Assembly (NCBI RefSeq): GCF_004010195.1 | Contig: NC_057751.1 | Coordinates: 575,248 to 639,247 of the forward strand | Length of the DNA stretch: 64,000 nucleotides | Origin: Chiloscyllium plagiosum | Lineage: Eukaryota | Direction of reading: 5' to 3' | Shown here: one piece after another, positions 22,688 through 37,300 of the stretch | Position numbering within the stretch: the first letter of the stretch is position 1 | Layout of the letters: every line of letters begins with the position of its first letter | The notes under the pieces: generated by a model | Database searches by the model: none | Seen by the model: only the letters and a program-made list of their open reading frames with translations | Told to the model about the DNA's origin: nothing | Position numbers and translations under genes: made by a program

Positions 22688-25600
22688 TCTGTTGGCAATC
22701 GTTGCACAGCACAATCCCAGAGACAGCAGTGCTATAGACGATATATAAGTGTATTTTGGAATGTTGGATGAAGATAAATAAGAGGCTAAAGGCCACAGAG
22801 AACTTTTTCCTCCTTTTTAAATAATGTTTGTGAGAGGTTTCTTCTACTGACCTGACAGGGGGGCAGACAAGGCCTTGGCTTAACGTCCAATCCAAAAGGT
22901 AGGAGCTACAGTCGTCAGCTCTCAAGGTGGAACCGCTGTTTCACACACATTGAGGCACCTCTTGTCTCATTGTTCCTGTAAACTCCCAAGGACTTAATAT
23001 AAATCTGAATCTCTCTACTTCAAAAGGCTTTGGATGCCAAGGGAACAACTGAAGCTTTTAAGAGTCTGTGATATTTTTGCTGGGTGATGGTATCGTGGTA
23101 TATGAAGCAGAGATTGATCAATGAAGATAAACTCTGATTGAATTGCCTTGTGTTCCTCTGGTAAAGTATCCCTGAAGTGCAAGAGAGGTAATCATTAGCC
23201 GATACAGTCCCTTCCTGGTGACCCTGTGACCTTGACCTTCCTACTATGGGGAGAGTACACATTCTGTCTCTGATCAGAAACTTGACTTTCAGGATTCCAT
23301 CCTCAGTGAAAATCTTTCTGAATTGCAAAATTCAAATAATTGCAGAATTGTGCCAACATAAGCAGCTAAGAGAAAGTCAATGACAGAGGAAGCTTGTTGC
23401 TCTTCATTTATTTTTAGATCTGCTGTGTCAGGAATAGAACTGATTTTCCACAATATTTCAGATCATGCTGAGGAGTCATTCTGGAGCGTGTGAGTGTATT
23501 ACACAGAGTACATCGAATTTGAACTGAGGCTTGTTGTTGACAGTGTGATCGCCAACTAAGGAATAGATCCAAAAAAGCAAGAAAGAACAGAGTTGCATTG
23601 CTACAGTGCCTGTCATGCCTCATGTCATTCCAAAGCGCTACATAGCAAATAAAGTATGCTTTTAAGTTTGGTCACCATTGTAATATTTGGAAATATTACA
23701 GCCAAGTAGTGCACAGCAAGCTCCCAGCAATAACATTGTAACTTTGACTCAATCATACTGGTTTATGTGTAATATTGACCAGGACAACTCCCTTTATATT
23801 GCACCTTGAGATCTTTTCTGGTTATCTGGGAGGTCTTTGGTTTAAAACTTTGTACTGTCATACTGTCTGGGAGTATTCACCTAGAGATTTTACTCAAGCC
23901 TCTGGGCTGGGAATTAATTAAATCCACAAGTTTTGATTCTGAGGCAAGGGCCTGCACACCAAGACACATCTGGCATGCTTTTAAATTGGTGAGATTGCCC
24001 TGACTTGCAGACCCCCCTCTTCCATCTGCATGCTAACTAGCATCATGACACCTGTTTAGCTGTTTTGAAGTGGGCACAAACATTTCTGAGCTGCTTTGTT
24101 TGGTGAAGAAAGAGATTATGAAAATCTGGGATACTTCTCAATGTTTGTCCACTAGGCTGACCTATTGATAAGCTACCTCAGAACCTCAGATATGTGACAA
24201 ACTTTGATAAAATGGATTCTCAGCTGTGTTCAAATACTATTTTTGAGACGTTCAGACAGACACGTGAACAGGCGGGGAATAGAGGGACTTGGACCATTCA
24301 TAGGCAGACAGGATTAGATTAGAATGGGCTGAATGGTCTGTTCCTGTGCTGTACTCTTTTCAACCAACCAAGCTTACCTCAAGTACTGAACTAAAACAAA
24401 GATTTGCAGATGCTTGAGATCTAAACAAACGAAACAGAAACTGCTGGAGAAACTCTGCCGATCAGCAGCATCTGTGGACAGACAACATAGTTAACATCTT
24501 GAGTCTGACGACCATTCTTTAGGCTGAGGGGATATCGAAGGTTGAGAGCCATTCTGATAAGTCATTGGTTAGGACTCAGATGAAATATTGTGTCCAATTC
24601 AGAACATGACAACTTTCAAACCAGTTGAAAGATTTTGGACAGGCTGTGAGCAGATTGACGAGAATAGCACCACGAATGAAGGATACCTGGAGAAATTAGT
24701 AATGTACTTAAAACTGAGAAGGTTATGGGGATATTTACCAGAGATGTTCAGAATCATACAGAGCTTCACAGTAATTCAGTGAAGAGAAATTGTTTCCACT
24801 GGTGGGAAGAATAGCCAGAGAAAACAGAAAGAAGCTCAGTGCCAAAAGAAATGGAAAGAGAGATGTGACTTGTTTTTACAAATGCACAGTTTGCACAGAC
24901 AGCTGAAGCAGATTCACCAGCACCTTTCAAAAGGAAATGAAATGGATAACTGTAAGGGACAAAATGTCAGAGTGATGGGGAAAGAGTTGCAGAACTGAAC
25001 CTCTGGTGATGTGAAGCAGAGTAGGAGAAGGCTTGTGAGCAGCATAAATCCCAGCATGGACCAGCTTCAATGAATGCCCTGCTTCTGTGCTGAAAACTCT
25101 GTGATGAAAAATGGAGAGGGTTACTGAATAAGAGACAGAAATTGCATCCGTGCTCCAGCTGGAAGTCCATGACCTTCTCAATAGTTGTGCTCAGCAGATA
25201 GATCGGCTGAATCATTAATCATGGTCAAATGCAGCACAAACCAGGGAAATGCAGAGAAGACAGTTCTTTCGAGCTGAGTAGGACTGGTTACAGTGTCAGA
25301 GAGCCATCAGGTGCTTTCTGCTGTGAGCTCTGAAGTTCTGATTTCCAATCAATGAGCTATGTTTTCGAGCAGAGTATATGACAGTTGTGATTCTGAATAC
25401 TTGTGTATTCAGACTTAGAAAGATGAAGAATATGTCCAGTATTTAACAGGATATATTTAAGAACTAGTTGTATTTCTGTTGTTTTATCTCTCTTTTTCCA
25501 AAGAGGAAATGAGTAATAAAGGGAAATTCTACAGTATGTATTTAACAATGAGACATTGAGATAATCATATCTGTAAACAGATGGTGTTATGTGTGTGTGC

Positions 25601-25931
25601 ACGCCTTTTTCTCTGACTTTTTTTCTGTGTGTGGGATGTCTGTCTATGTTTCTCTCTGGTGGTGGATAGTGGAAGAAGGATGATTGGCATTTGGTATTTT
25701 TTCAATGAAGTAGTGGGTGGAATTAAGTTTTTGTTTGTTGAGTAGGAGGTGATGTGACAATGGTCTACAACCTTTCTGCATGGGCATGAAGTGCTTGCAT
25801 AAATGTGAGGCTCCAGCCTTGCCTCCATCCTCATATCTGCAAAGAGCCAACTTTTGTTTTGCACAAGACAACTTTCAGCTGACTGCTTCATTACTCGACA
25901 TGACAACAGTGACAAAGCTATAAAAGTCCTT

Positions 25932-26160
25932 TGTATTGATTGGAATGAGGTCAGCCAGATTGGCCTTGTAGAATCTGAACTCCCTGTTGTGGCTGTTAAT
26001 GTGGTACATTCAGGGAGCCCTGGCTGACAGATAAGAACAGGGTGGCAGGGATTCTGTTCACTCTGGGAGCTGGCTCTGAGGGAGCTGGATCAGTGTTAAG
26101 GACTGTCCATGTGTAAATAAAGGATGATTTGGTGATGAGACACAAGCCTTTGTGATAACT
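25932..26160 (+). mobile_element. Short LTR-like repeat (inverted homologue of 38129-38368)
   Basis: TGTATTGA...aatgaggtcagccagat...AATAAA; matches the reverse complement of 38129-38368. Confidence 0.55.
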
Positions 26161-28135
26161 GGCTGTGAAATGCTTTGGTTGTCTTTGCAAAGAGTTCCAC
26201 CAAAATGTGAATCTTCTTTTCCTGGGTTTTTGTTTTGCCATCTATTGTAACCTAACAAACTCCGTTTCTCTCTCTGTGCCAAATGAGATAAAATCTTGAA
26301 CTGAGACTGTAGGTGAGCGAATCAGATCTGTTGAGTGTTAAGAGTTTCAGAGCTGTGAGGAGACCCTTCCAAACATAGGCCATGCTCCTCCCCTCCATTT
26401 TGAGGGTTCGGAGGAACTGGTCTCTTTCTGCCTTCAGCGGTGTGGGGAAAATAGGAATAAGTGGAAAGAGGTCAGGGTCGGGGACACGGTGTTGAGGTGG
26501 AAATGTTACAGAGAAAGATTAAGATTGGAAGGGGATCAAGGGATGAAGTTGAGAAGAGATGGAGCAAAGCTTGAGTGAGGTTGGGGATTGTGGAGGCGAA
26601 TGATCAATTTGGACTGAGCCCTGGGTGTTTTAGGGAGATGAGATTTAACTGAAAGGTTTAGAGTTGTTTGGGGTTTCAGTGTCAAGTAAATGGAAGGTTT
26701 CTTCTGTTTGAGAGCCAGTGAACAGGGGGCAGGAATTGGTAATTGTCACTGAGAGTGAGGAAAGGTTTTGAAAATTACTTTCCTCCTAAATGTTGAAACA
26801 CATAATGTTCAGGTAGGGACCATTTCCACGATTGAAGGCTAATTAATAATTATTTCAAGCACAATCGCCAATTTGTGCAGACAAAGGTATGAGGTTACGG
26901 GAAGAGAATGAGACAGTGGGATTAGATTGGGATTGATGCGGGATCATGAGGAGAAAGCTGAGCTTTGCGATAGTGTTGCATTGATACAGGGTTGTGGAAG
27001 TGCAGTTGTAAGTCAATGGCTGCAGGTTTTACAATGTTGGGATCTGCTTGATTTGGCTGAAATTGGAAAAGGCACCCCAGATTGTTGCTGTGACTGACTG
27101 ACCCATTGATTGGCATTCTGCTTGTGCCAAGAAGGCAAATCAGAAACATTTTCCCAAGAACTGAAAGCTAAGCGGTCTTCTTACCATCTTTCCGATTCTA
27201 ATGCAATTCCCCCCCCTCACCCCGTCTCTCAAAAAGGGAAGTCTCTGCAAACGAAGAGTTAGCCTGTCTCATTTAACAGCGAGATCTTGCTGCATCAGAC
27301 GTTATCACTGCTGACTTGGAAAAATCACCACACTGAGGTATTTACTGCAGAGCAATCGCATTTCCTGTAATCACACACGTGAAAGAGATATTTGTTTTTC
27401 ACCACAAAATGTAACTTCGGAATTCAAGAAGGCATAATGTGAAAGACTAGGCAGTTTCAGTGGTCTCCCTGACTTTTGAGGTAATATTTGATGCTGCATC
27501 AATTTAAAAGTTCAGAAACCAAACATGTAACAGGCAAGATGTGAATGGAAACTTTTGAGATTTGTTTCCCTGTTGTCTGTGACTTCATAAAAAGCATATT
27601 ATTTATTCCTTGAGCAGGCAAGTGGGTCAGACTGCAAGGCCTGATACACTGTACTGATCAATCTCATTCCCTTCCCCTATGTGACAGGGTTGAACATCTT
27701 GACTCCAGGGTGGCATGCTGGGTTGACAGTCAGAGGTAGAAGTGGGTGTTGTTCCAAAATCCTGCTCCTGGCTTCCATTGACAACCACTAGACTTCTCTC
27801 TCCCTTCTTCCATTGAGCATCCCTAGTAGTTGGACACCCTCATCAGTTCAATTGGAAGAGTATGACGAAAGTACAGTTGATCAGAATGTGTACAGACTGC
27901 CCACAGATCCAGAACTGATCATCTCAGTGGTGAGGTGGATTTTCGATTTGATATATAGCTGAAACCGTATGATTACTTTGGAGCCGAGAACTCACTCAGT
28001 GCTCCGGGATCCTCGACATAAAATCAGCTGATTGGAGATGATGATATTCTTTCATTGGTGATCTTTCCTTGCTACAGGCAGGCTCTGCCAGGACAGCAGT
28101 GAGATCTCACCCTTTTTGCTCTTTCCACTGTCCAG

Positions 28136-28325
28136 ATGCAATGTGAATTGACGGAACTTCCCACTGGACAGGCAGAAAACAGTGAAATGGATGGAGAAAT
28201 CCTGGAGGTGAAGGATCTGGTGCAAGGTGATAATGGGCAGCAGAACTTCCTCGTCAATCTGTACGAGTTTATGAAGGAGAGGGGCACTCCCATCGAGAGA
28301 ATTCCACACCTGGGCTTTAAGCAAG
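28136..28325 (+). CDS. ARID5A: ARID5 coding exon (N-terminal part of ARID)
   Basis: Acceptor ctttttgctctttccactgtccag|ATG; donor CAAG|gtgagt; encodes MQCEL...QQNFLVNLYEFMKERGTPIERIPHLGFKQ. Confidence 0.9.
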
Positions 28326-31300
28326 GTGAGTTTCACCATCATCATTAAAGCTGAAATTTGGAGATGATTCAGATGCAGCATACAGACGGAATCAGATCCC
28401 TTTGCACTTGATAAACAATGCTTTCATCACCAACCCAATGAAACCAAAGACTTGTGTACATTCCATACCATTTTCCTCCTCATGTAAGCATTCAGAGCCA
28501 AGGAAGTACTTTTTGAGCATAATCACTATTCTAATATAAGAAAAGCAGCAGTTTACTTGTGCACCATAAAATCCTGTTTACAAAAATCTGATAACACCAG
28601 GTAATCAGCTTTAAGTGTTGGTGAAAGGATGAAGAAAAGTCCAGTGCTCTTTGTTGAATGGTTTCTTGGGATCTTTTACTCCTATTCTGGGGAGGGAGGG
28701 CGGGGGGGGGGGGGGGAGGGGAAACAGGACCTCCGTTCAAAGCCTTCTCAAAAAGAAGGCACCTGACCCACCCTCCGCGTCGTGCAGGGAGAGTATGCCT
28801 TGACAATGGGCACGTGTCTCCGGAGAACCCACATCTGTTTGACTCAGAGAAAGATTGCAATGACAGAGCTAAAGATGACATTTGTTTTCATGGTCGTGTT
28901 TATTACCTTATCCTTTTTTACCCCTATTTCCAGGGAATATTCCATGTTTAGTCGATATAGGCATATATATCCTGAACAGCAGGATATGAGGGACATGAAA
29001 TTCTCATTATTTGAGAGGTCCAGTCTAACTATCAGTTCTGGAGTCTTTCAGCTCTGCCAAGTTTTACACGGACTATACTTGGTTGTCTGACAAAGGTGAC
29101 CATGAACTGGCTGGGACTTTTCCTAGCTTTGCACTTTACCTGATTGGATAGGATCTTATTTTAAATCTCGCTAACATTGTGAATGTTTTTCTTCCCTCAG
29201 TTAACCTGTTGACACTCTACAAGGCAGTTGAGAAGCTGGGTGGTTATGAAGCGGTGAGTAATCTTTCTAGTCGGCACTGACTAAAGGTTATCTGTTCCCT
29301 GGAAAAAGATGAGGACATTGCGCATATTCAATTCCATTAAGCTATTCGCCACTAGTTCTGTTAACCTGTTGGACAGTTAATGTTTAACCAGCTCCTGGTG
29401 TGATCAATGTCAATCAAATCTCGAATTTCATTGTCCTGAAAGATTTACTGAGAAAATCTCTGTCGAGTTGATCCCAAAACTGAAATGGTATGAGGTGGAT
29501 CCCTGCTTTCCTTCACTCCAGTAATAACAGTTATGCATTCAGTTATCTTGGTCCAATACTCTGCTTAAACATCTCCACATCACTATATCTCTCTCCAATC
29601 TTAAGACGCTTTGCTCAAGCTTTTGGTCACCTGACCTCACCTGACCTCGGTGTCATACGTGATCCAATAATGCTCCTCTGAAGTGTTTTGGGATGCTTAA
29701 GGGCTCTACGTGAATGCAAGTACTAGTTGTTGGTAAAGCTCTTGCGACGCTGTGAGCAGTGTCCAGGATGGGGGTTCGATCCCCATTCTGGTTGAGGTGG
29801 ATTTGGAGCCTCCCTCTTTGCCCTGTCAATTGGTGGTCAAGGTCACAGTGATGTCAGGACTACCTTTAGGAAGAGGCTGAAGAGGTATTAACTAGTTGTT
29901 GACTGGTCACATTGAACTTTGACCTTGCCATGGTGGCTTAGTCAGGGAACATGAGCTGCAACTTTCCAGGTCAAGTACAAACTTCCTGATTAGAGATGTT
30001 ATTGTTGAGTTCACAGTAAATATCAATAGCTGAGACAAGTGGGAGGAGGATTTGGAAATTCGTTCATTCAGTTGGAAGTGGAAAAATAATTAAGGCAATG
30101 TGTTATACCCTAATTTATCCAACGTGAAAATAATTAAGACACAGTAGATTTCGAGTTTATCCGATAGTGTCATTCACATGGGATGCATCTTTTTAATTCA
30201 TTGCTTGAAATAAAATGCCAGGGAACAAAGGCAAGTTATGATCACCAAGGGGTCAGAGAGGATATCTTCAGATCTTTCTGTTGTATCTTTTCCATCTCTC
30301 AGACAATCCGTTGTAAAGGAGAGGGAGAGTTGAAATGAAGAGTCCAAGATTGATGCTCCATAATGTTGATAGACCATCTTGTCTTTTCTTGACTCTTTCA
30401 ATTCTTTATATCTTTGGGGCATTTTCAAACGCAGAAGACCATGTCGCTTCAGAGACACTTGCTTGAGGCCCTTTCATGTTGACCTTGCTTCTCACCCTCT
30501 GTCTTAATGTTATCGATCCTCCCGAAAGATAAACCTCCACAACATTATTGGGAGGGCTTCTAAAAAAAACCCTCTTGCTTTTTTGGTTTCACTGGATTAT
30601 GTAATTGTTACAGAAGGAGGCCATTCAGTCGATTTTTAATTTTCATTATAAAAATGCTGGGGAAGGGAAGAATCATCCAACTGGGTAGGGGACTGTCACT
30701 CCATTTCTGGTTGCTATGGAAATCTCCAGACAGATGTTTCAGGCAAACAGCATGGGGGCTGGCCACTGAAGGCATTTAGTCATGTGACAAAACCCTCCTG
30801 GAATATATTCATCTGCAATTGGCAACTCTAATCTGTGTGACAACATACTGGAAAGAATGTTCTGAGCTCTTTGAATAAAAGATTGAAGTGAGGATTTTAA
30901 GTGCTGCCCTGTCTCTCCTGGGATTGAGTTCCCATCCAGTAAAAACATGAGCCATAAATGCCTCCTTTCTTGATTGGTTGGCACATTCCTCTCAATAACC
31001 TGGAACTCAGTGGACTCCAAGAATCCTGGCCTTTGACCTCTGGGTCATGGGTACATATCCATGCTTTGATTCCCAGGATTCTTTATCTTGGAATTTCCAA
31101 GAATTAGCAAGTCCAAAGCATATTGTGAGCAATGTTATTTTCTTGAAGCATTAGGCTTGCAAATGGGATCACCTGCTCTAGAACTAGCAGCAATAGCTCC
31201 TGATGGCAAAGAGCAACCCTCACAAGAATCCAACTCATTGTAAATCAGATTCAGATTTGGCAGGACTGAGTCTTCTCTCCATTCGGACTGTTCAGATTCA

Positions 31301-34300
31301 AGGAATAGAAAAGTTGTGGAGTTTCGCTTCATCAGGATTCTACAGGCCCTGCCTCAGAACCTATTGCTGGGGAGCAAAGTGCAGTCTTGATATTGTCAAT
31401 CGAACCGATGTAAACACCGACAGGAGGATAGCATGAGGTAGTCTCTTTGATTGAGGGTTTGTGTCTTTCAGAGGACCTGAAGAGTGTTCTTCAGATCCAA
31501 CGCTGTCGACCCCTTGGCAATATTGTCTTTTTTGTGCACAGCATGGATCAAGCCAGTTCCCATTCAGTTTCTGGAAGAAAACTCTGGGTCCCAGAAAAAT
31601 TCAGTAAGTCTGTAAATCTCTGCACATTGGTGACATTTTGCAGCTACAGCATCTTCTGAGCTATATGTAGGCAGCTGGGGACAATGTCGCTACTGTCTCC
31701 TGGTTTTCCCTCCCTCGGCAGCTGATCACTGTAAGATTTGCAGAAAAAGCATAATTCGTGGCAGCTGTACCATCTGCATGGAGCTGAAGAATTAAAATAA
31801 GAAACTGCTGTCGCTGGCAGTTTTGGAGAGTTGGAGTTCAGTGCCAGGCTGCAACTTGCGCTCTCTCTCTCTCTTTCTCACTGGCTCATCCTCTCTTGAA
31901 CTCTCTCTCTCTCTACCTCTTTCTCTCTGATTTGAGATAACACTGACAATGTGAGTGTTCCTTCCAGATATGCACCTTTGTGGTGCTGGCATGAACAGCG
32001 AGGGTAGTATTTTTGTACTTTTTGTTTGGAATTGCAATGCTTCTAGGACAGGTACAGCAGGGGGTTCGATGCTGAAACTCTGTGCCCTTGATATCCACTT
32101 GATAATCGTTGCTCAAGCAATGCTCTATTAGAAAATATTGTGATATGCCTCCTGTTAAATGGTGTCAAGGTTTCTTGTTTTCTTTGCGTTGTGTTGGGAA
32201 AGACAAAGTTTGGATGCTGTAGAGGGTCTGATCCTAGCCGGCTTACATCAAGAAAATAATATCCCAACTAAGTCATCAGGTGTCCAAGTGACTCCGAGAT
32301 CTTTGGAGCTGTGGCATTGGGCTTACAGTCAGTATATATGCAATCTGAAGGGGACAACTTTCGGCAGGAACACAGAATACCTCGTGGACCATTGAAGAGC
32401 CTGGATGACTCAGAGTATCCTGACTGTTCAGGTGATGTTTGTTTGTAGCATAAGTATCCATTGCCAGTGACAGATAGTGGGCACTGAGAATCCCATTCAA
32501 AATCTGAGCATTTGCTCTTAAGTTTGTCTGATGACCATTTCACCATAAACAAGGCTCTGCCACCATTCAGGCGTCCGGGCACTGAGGACTTGCAACCTGG
32601 GAAGGTATGCTAGCTATTAAATTTAGTGTTCATGCAAAAGAGCTTTGGTCAATCTAGTCTTCCAAACCTTTGTAATCCTGAAGTACTTTGCTAATCAGCC
32701 TGTCCAGTATTTGGTGACTTGAATCTGTTTTAGCGCTTTGTTAAACCTGCTAACGTTCTTTGTTTCAGCCAAGTATCAGTGTCTTTCAATGAAAGGATTT
32801 CCCCCTCCACTTGCTATTGTTCATCTTGCCCTTAATTCCTAAAACCTGTACATGACAATGCAAGTTTTTTCAATCCAATTGATTTAAACTTCTCATAATT
32901 TCAAACCTTTCCATCATAGCCCTCAAAAATATCACCAAGACAGACTCTCTGATTATTATCTCATCACTATGTGTAAATTGCTGTCCCCTTTTCCTGCGTT
33001 CTATCAGTGACTACATTTCCAAAAACAAATTGACTAGCTGAAAGAAGACCGAGGGTGGTGGTTAATGGGAAATATTCATCCTGGAGTTCAGTTGCTAGTG
33101 GGTACCGCAAGGATCTGTTTTGGGGCCACTGTCATTTGTCATTTTTATAAATGACCTGGATGAGGGCATAGAAGGATGGGTGAGTAAATTTGCGGATTAT
33201 GCTAAGGTCGGTAGAGCTGTGGATAGTGACGAAGAATGTGGGTTGCAGAGGAACATGATAAGCTGCACAGCTGGGCTGAGAGGTGGCAAATGGAGTTTAA
33301 TGGGGAAAAGTGTGAGATGATTCACTTTGGAAGGAGAAACAGGAATGCAGAGTACTGGGCTAATGGTAAGATTCTTGGTAGCACAGATGAGCTGAGATCT
33401 CGGTGTCAATGCACATAGATCCCTGAAAGTTGTCACCCAGGTTGACAGGGTTGTTAAGAAGGCATACGGTGGGTTAGCTTTTATTGGTAGAGGGATTGAA
33501 TTTCGGAGCCATGAGGTCATGCTGAAGCTGTACAAAACTTTGGTGCAGTCGCACTTGGTGTATTGTGTACAGTTCTGGTCACCGCATTATAGGAAGGATG
33601 TGGAAGCTTTGGAAAGGGTTCAGAGGAGATTTACCAGGATGTTGCCTGGTATGGAGGGAAGGTCTTATGAGGAAAGGCTGAGGGACTTGAGGCTGTTTTA
33701 GTTGAGAAAACAGGTTGAGAGGTGACTTAATAGAGACATATAAGATAATCAGAGAGTTAGATAGGGTGGGCAATGAGAACCTTTTTCCTCGGATGGCGAT
33801 GGCTAGCACAAGGGGATATGGCTTTAACTTGAGGGGTGATAGAGATAGGACGAATGTCAGGGCTAGTTTCTTTACTCAAAGTAGTAGGGGATTGGAACGC
33901 ACTGCCTGAAACAGTGGTAGACTTGCCAACTTTAAGGGCATTTAAATGGTCATTGGATAGACATATGGATGAGAATAGAATAGTGTAGGTTAGATGGGCT
34001 TCAGGTCGGCGCAACATCGAAGGCCGAAGGGCCTGTACTGTGCTGTAATGTTCTACGTTCTATATTCTATAAAACTTCTCAGACTTTGACATAATATGGG
34101 ATATGAAAGGAATGATTTTTTGTTTTGTCTTTTAATGGTCAATCTCTTCACATCTTTCCTTCCCTGAACTGAATCATGTGGCCTCCATTGGCACCTTGTT
34201 ATGACACAAGGATAGCAAGCCAAACCAAATCAGCCTCACTATCACTGCATTTGTGTCGCTGTGAAATTAAAACATTCAGTGACCTTTCAAAATTACTTCA

Positions 34301-37300
34301 CTGTTTCCAACAAGAGTTTACAAGTAACAGATTCTGGGCACCGATTTTATGGCTTCAACAAAAATTAACAGTTTATTGTTAAAGAATGTAACTTCAGCAG
34401 AACAAGGCAATCTAATTAATATTTATGATCCAAATCCAATCTTCTTTGATTATAAACATTCCCACTCACACACTGACAAAGTTAAGAGATAATTTAAAAT
34501 AAATATAAGCACAGTAATTTTCCTCCTCGATAGCCATTTCAATGATGAATACCAGACCGTCAGGAAATCCTTGCATGATGTGTTGTGTTACAGGTAATAG
34601 GATTGTACAATCTGCTTGAATTCTGAAGTCACTGGTCAATGCAAATAGTTTCCACAAACTTTTGGAGACTTCAACTTATTTCTTACAGACTGGGGCTCTT
34701 TTCTCAGAACACTCAACAAGGCCATAACTGGACAATACCAAGAGAGAGAGAGAAACCAAAACCAGCATTCCAGTCTGGAAACTTCTAAATCAAAACTGCC
34801 TCCTGCCCAAAACCCCAGTCCACTCTTTGTTTTCTCATTCTTTTCTAACATTCTCTGTGATTGAATAGCCAGCACAGTCCCGCATTATTTTCCAGGCCAG
34901 TCCTCAATAGCTAAACATTTGTTCTCTTGTTTTTGGAAACATGCTGCAGTTCAAAGTTCAATTCTCAATTGCAACTCTCCATTCCAAACCAAAAAATGAG
35001 AGGTGGTCCCAAAAGCCTTTTTTGTGGGAAAGAACTCTCCTTTATCAAATAGCACAGTCAACATTGCTCCCAGAGCTCCCAGTATCAGGACTAGTACAAT
35101 TTAATGATGTCCTTTCTGGATTGAAGACAGAGAGACAATCATTCTAACAACTGATTCCATCCTTGGAGTCTCTAAAATGCAGAGCATTTGTGACAGTGCT
35201 CATGGTACATAATTAGGGTTCCAAGTGAAGACTGGCATTCCAGATAACTGAAAGTGAGATGAACTGAAGGAGACAAATGTGGATCTGATGCGAAGAGCTG
35301 GTCAAAGAAGGTTATAGCAATGTTGAACTGACGGGAAGCTGAAACAAATAGGATACTACTGAGCAAAGGAGGCTTCATGGGTGTGGATGGTGGAGTTTTG
35401 TCTACTGGGAGTCATCATGGGGAAGCAACATTGACGCCTACAGGCTAAAGTTCTGAATGTTGACATCTCATTGTTGTTATGCAAGTGGGGGACTTCCCAT
35501 TCAAACAGTCAGATCTTGAATTGAAAGTGTTACTGAGAAATAGTGACTGCAGATAGGCATTGTAACAGGAAGTGCGCATGTATAGAAGCTTGATAAAAAT
35601 AGATACGTTCAGGTTTCTTGCTAAAATATTCGACAGAGAATCTGTATCAATGTGGTCCACCTTCCACCACCAATATTGCCATCATGAATTTCCCGCTTTT
35701 GGTTGACTTTCCGCAAATTGGTTTGTTTATCAAGAGGGCAAGTGATACACAACTCTTGATATCCAAGTTTCTGTATGAAACATCTAACCTTTGCCTCTTA
35801 CGTAGTCACTATTCAAAATGTTGTTTGAGAACTGCCTTGATGATGATCGATTATGGCAGCTTAGTTAGTAGATACAGAGGGATGTGCTTTGACTGAAATG
35901 TTTGCTAACAAGATATCATGATCCAGCTGACTGTAACACTGGACAAGTTAGATCTCAGAGTGAAACGTGGCTTGTCAGACCATAAATTTTATTGTTTTAT
36001 GTTTACAGTGGAAGTCAGTCACTGAACATATTCTTGAGGGTCTACCAATTTACTTTTAGCAAAAGAACTTGAACATGTATGATACAAAAACAAATTATAT
36101 AATGCTATACAAGAACTATGGGAACAATCTCCTGCAAGTATCAGAAAGAATCCCTTTTACGTCAGCAATAACTTCACAGACACTCAAACCACTGAAGCTT
36201 CTTGTTCAGCTGGTATGTCTGTAATTGGTTTCCTTACAGTAAATTTCTCATTCACTCAATACTTTTTTTTAGTTTCTGTGTACCTTCAAAACAACCACTA
36301 TATTACTCCTTAACATGAACTCACTTATCTGATGCTTTCAAAAGCCTCTTACGTTGTTTTCCTCTTCCTGACACCTCCACAGTCATCTGCTCCTGGATAT
36401 TTCTTTCCACTGATTTCTAATTAACTCAGGACTGCTTAGAGACTCTGCATCTACTGTTACAGACGTCTTCTCTTCTCGAGTCTTTTTCTTTGTCTGTCTC
36501 GACCGCTCTCTTTGTGGACATTATGAAAGTCAAGTTAGCAAACATCTTAGCAATTGTCTCCAAGGTGACTGGTTATATTGCTGTGAGCATATGACTTATT
36601 GTACATACTGTCTGAAGTAAATGCTCAAAATTATTAGAACGGTCAGATTTTCACAGAAATTAAAACTGAAACCAACTTTTCCTTCAACATATAACTTGTG
36701 TTCTCAAATCATTATCAGAAAAATATATTATGGAACATTATAACAAAGTCCACTATTGTGGTACTCTGCAGCTCACTGGATGAATCTATGTCGATGAAGG
36801 TTCAGGCCTCTGAAGTGGGACCTGAACCCATGGATCCAGGCTTACTCATTGGACTGCAGCTGAAACTTGAATTATGTGTAGGCACAGGGACTGGGGAGGA
36901 GAAGGTCCCTTCCATAACAAGAAGGGCATTGGTTCTGCCAGCAATCCACCAGCTTTATCAGCTACTGTTTATTATCAACCTGGAGTTCTGGTGTTTGAAT
37001 TGACAGGCTGCGAGATGCTACTCCTGTACCATAATGACTAGCTAACTACCTGTATGGTTTGTCCTTGCAGGTTACAACTAGCCGCCTCTGGAAGAACATC
37101 TATGACGAGCTGGGTGGAAACCCTGGGAGCACTAGTGCTGCCACGTGTACCCGCCGGCACTACGAGAGGTAGGTGGCACTAGTCCTTTTTGTGGGTAGCA
37201 CTTGAAGGGGCTGTTCGTTCTCAGCGTTTATACAGTAATACAACACAGAAACAGGCTCTTCAGTCCAACCCATCTGTACCAAGTTTACCAAACTAAACTA

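Noticed and set aside
28326..28348. His-rich C-terminus GEFHHHH of the ARID ORF
   Set aside because: Read-through past the gtgagt donor into intron.
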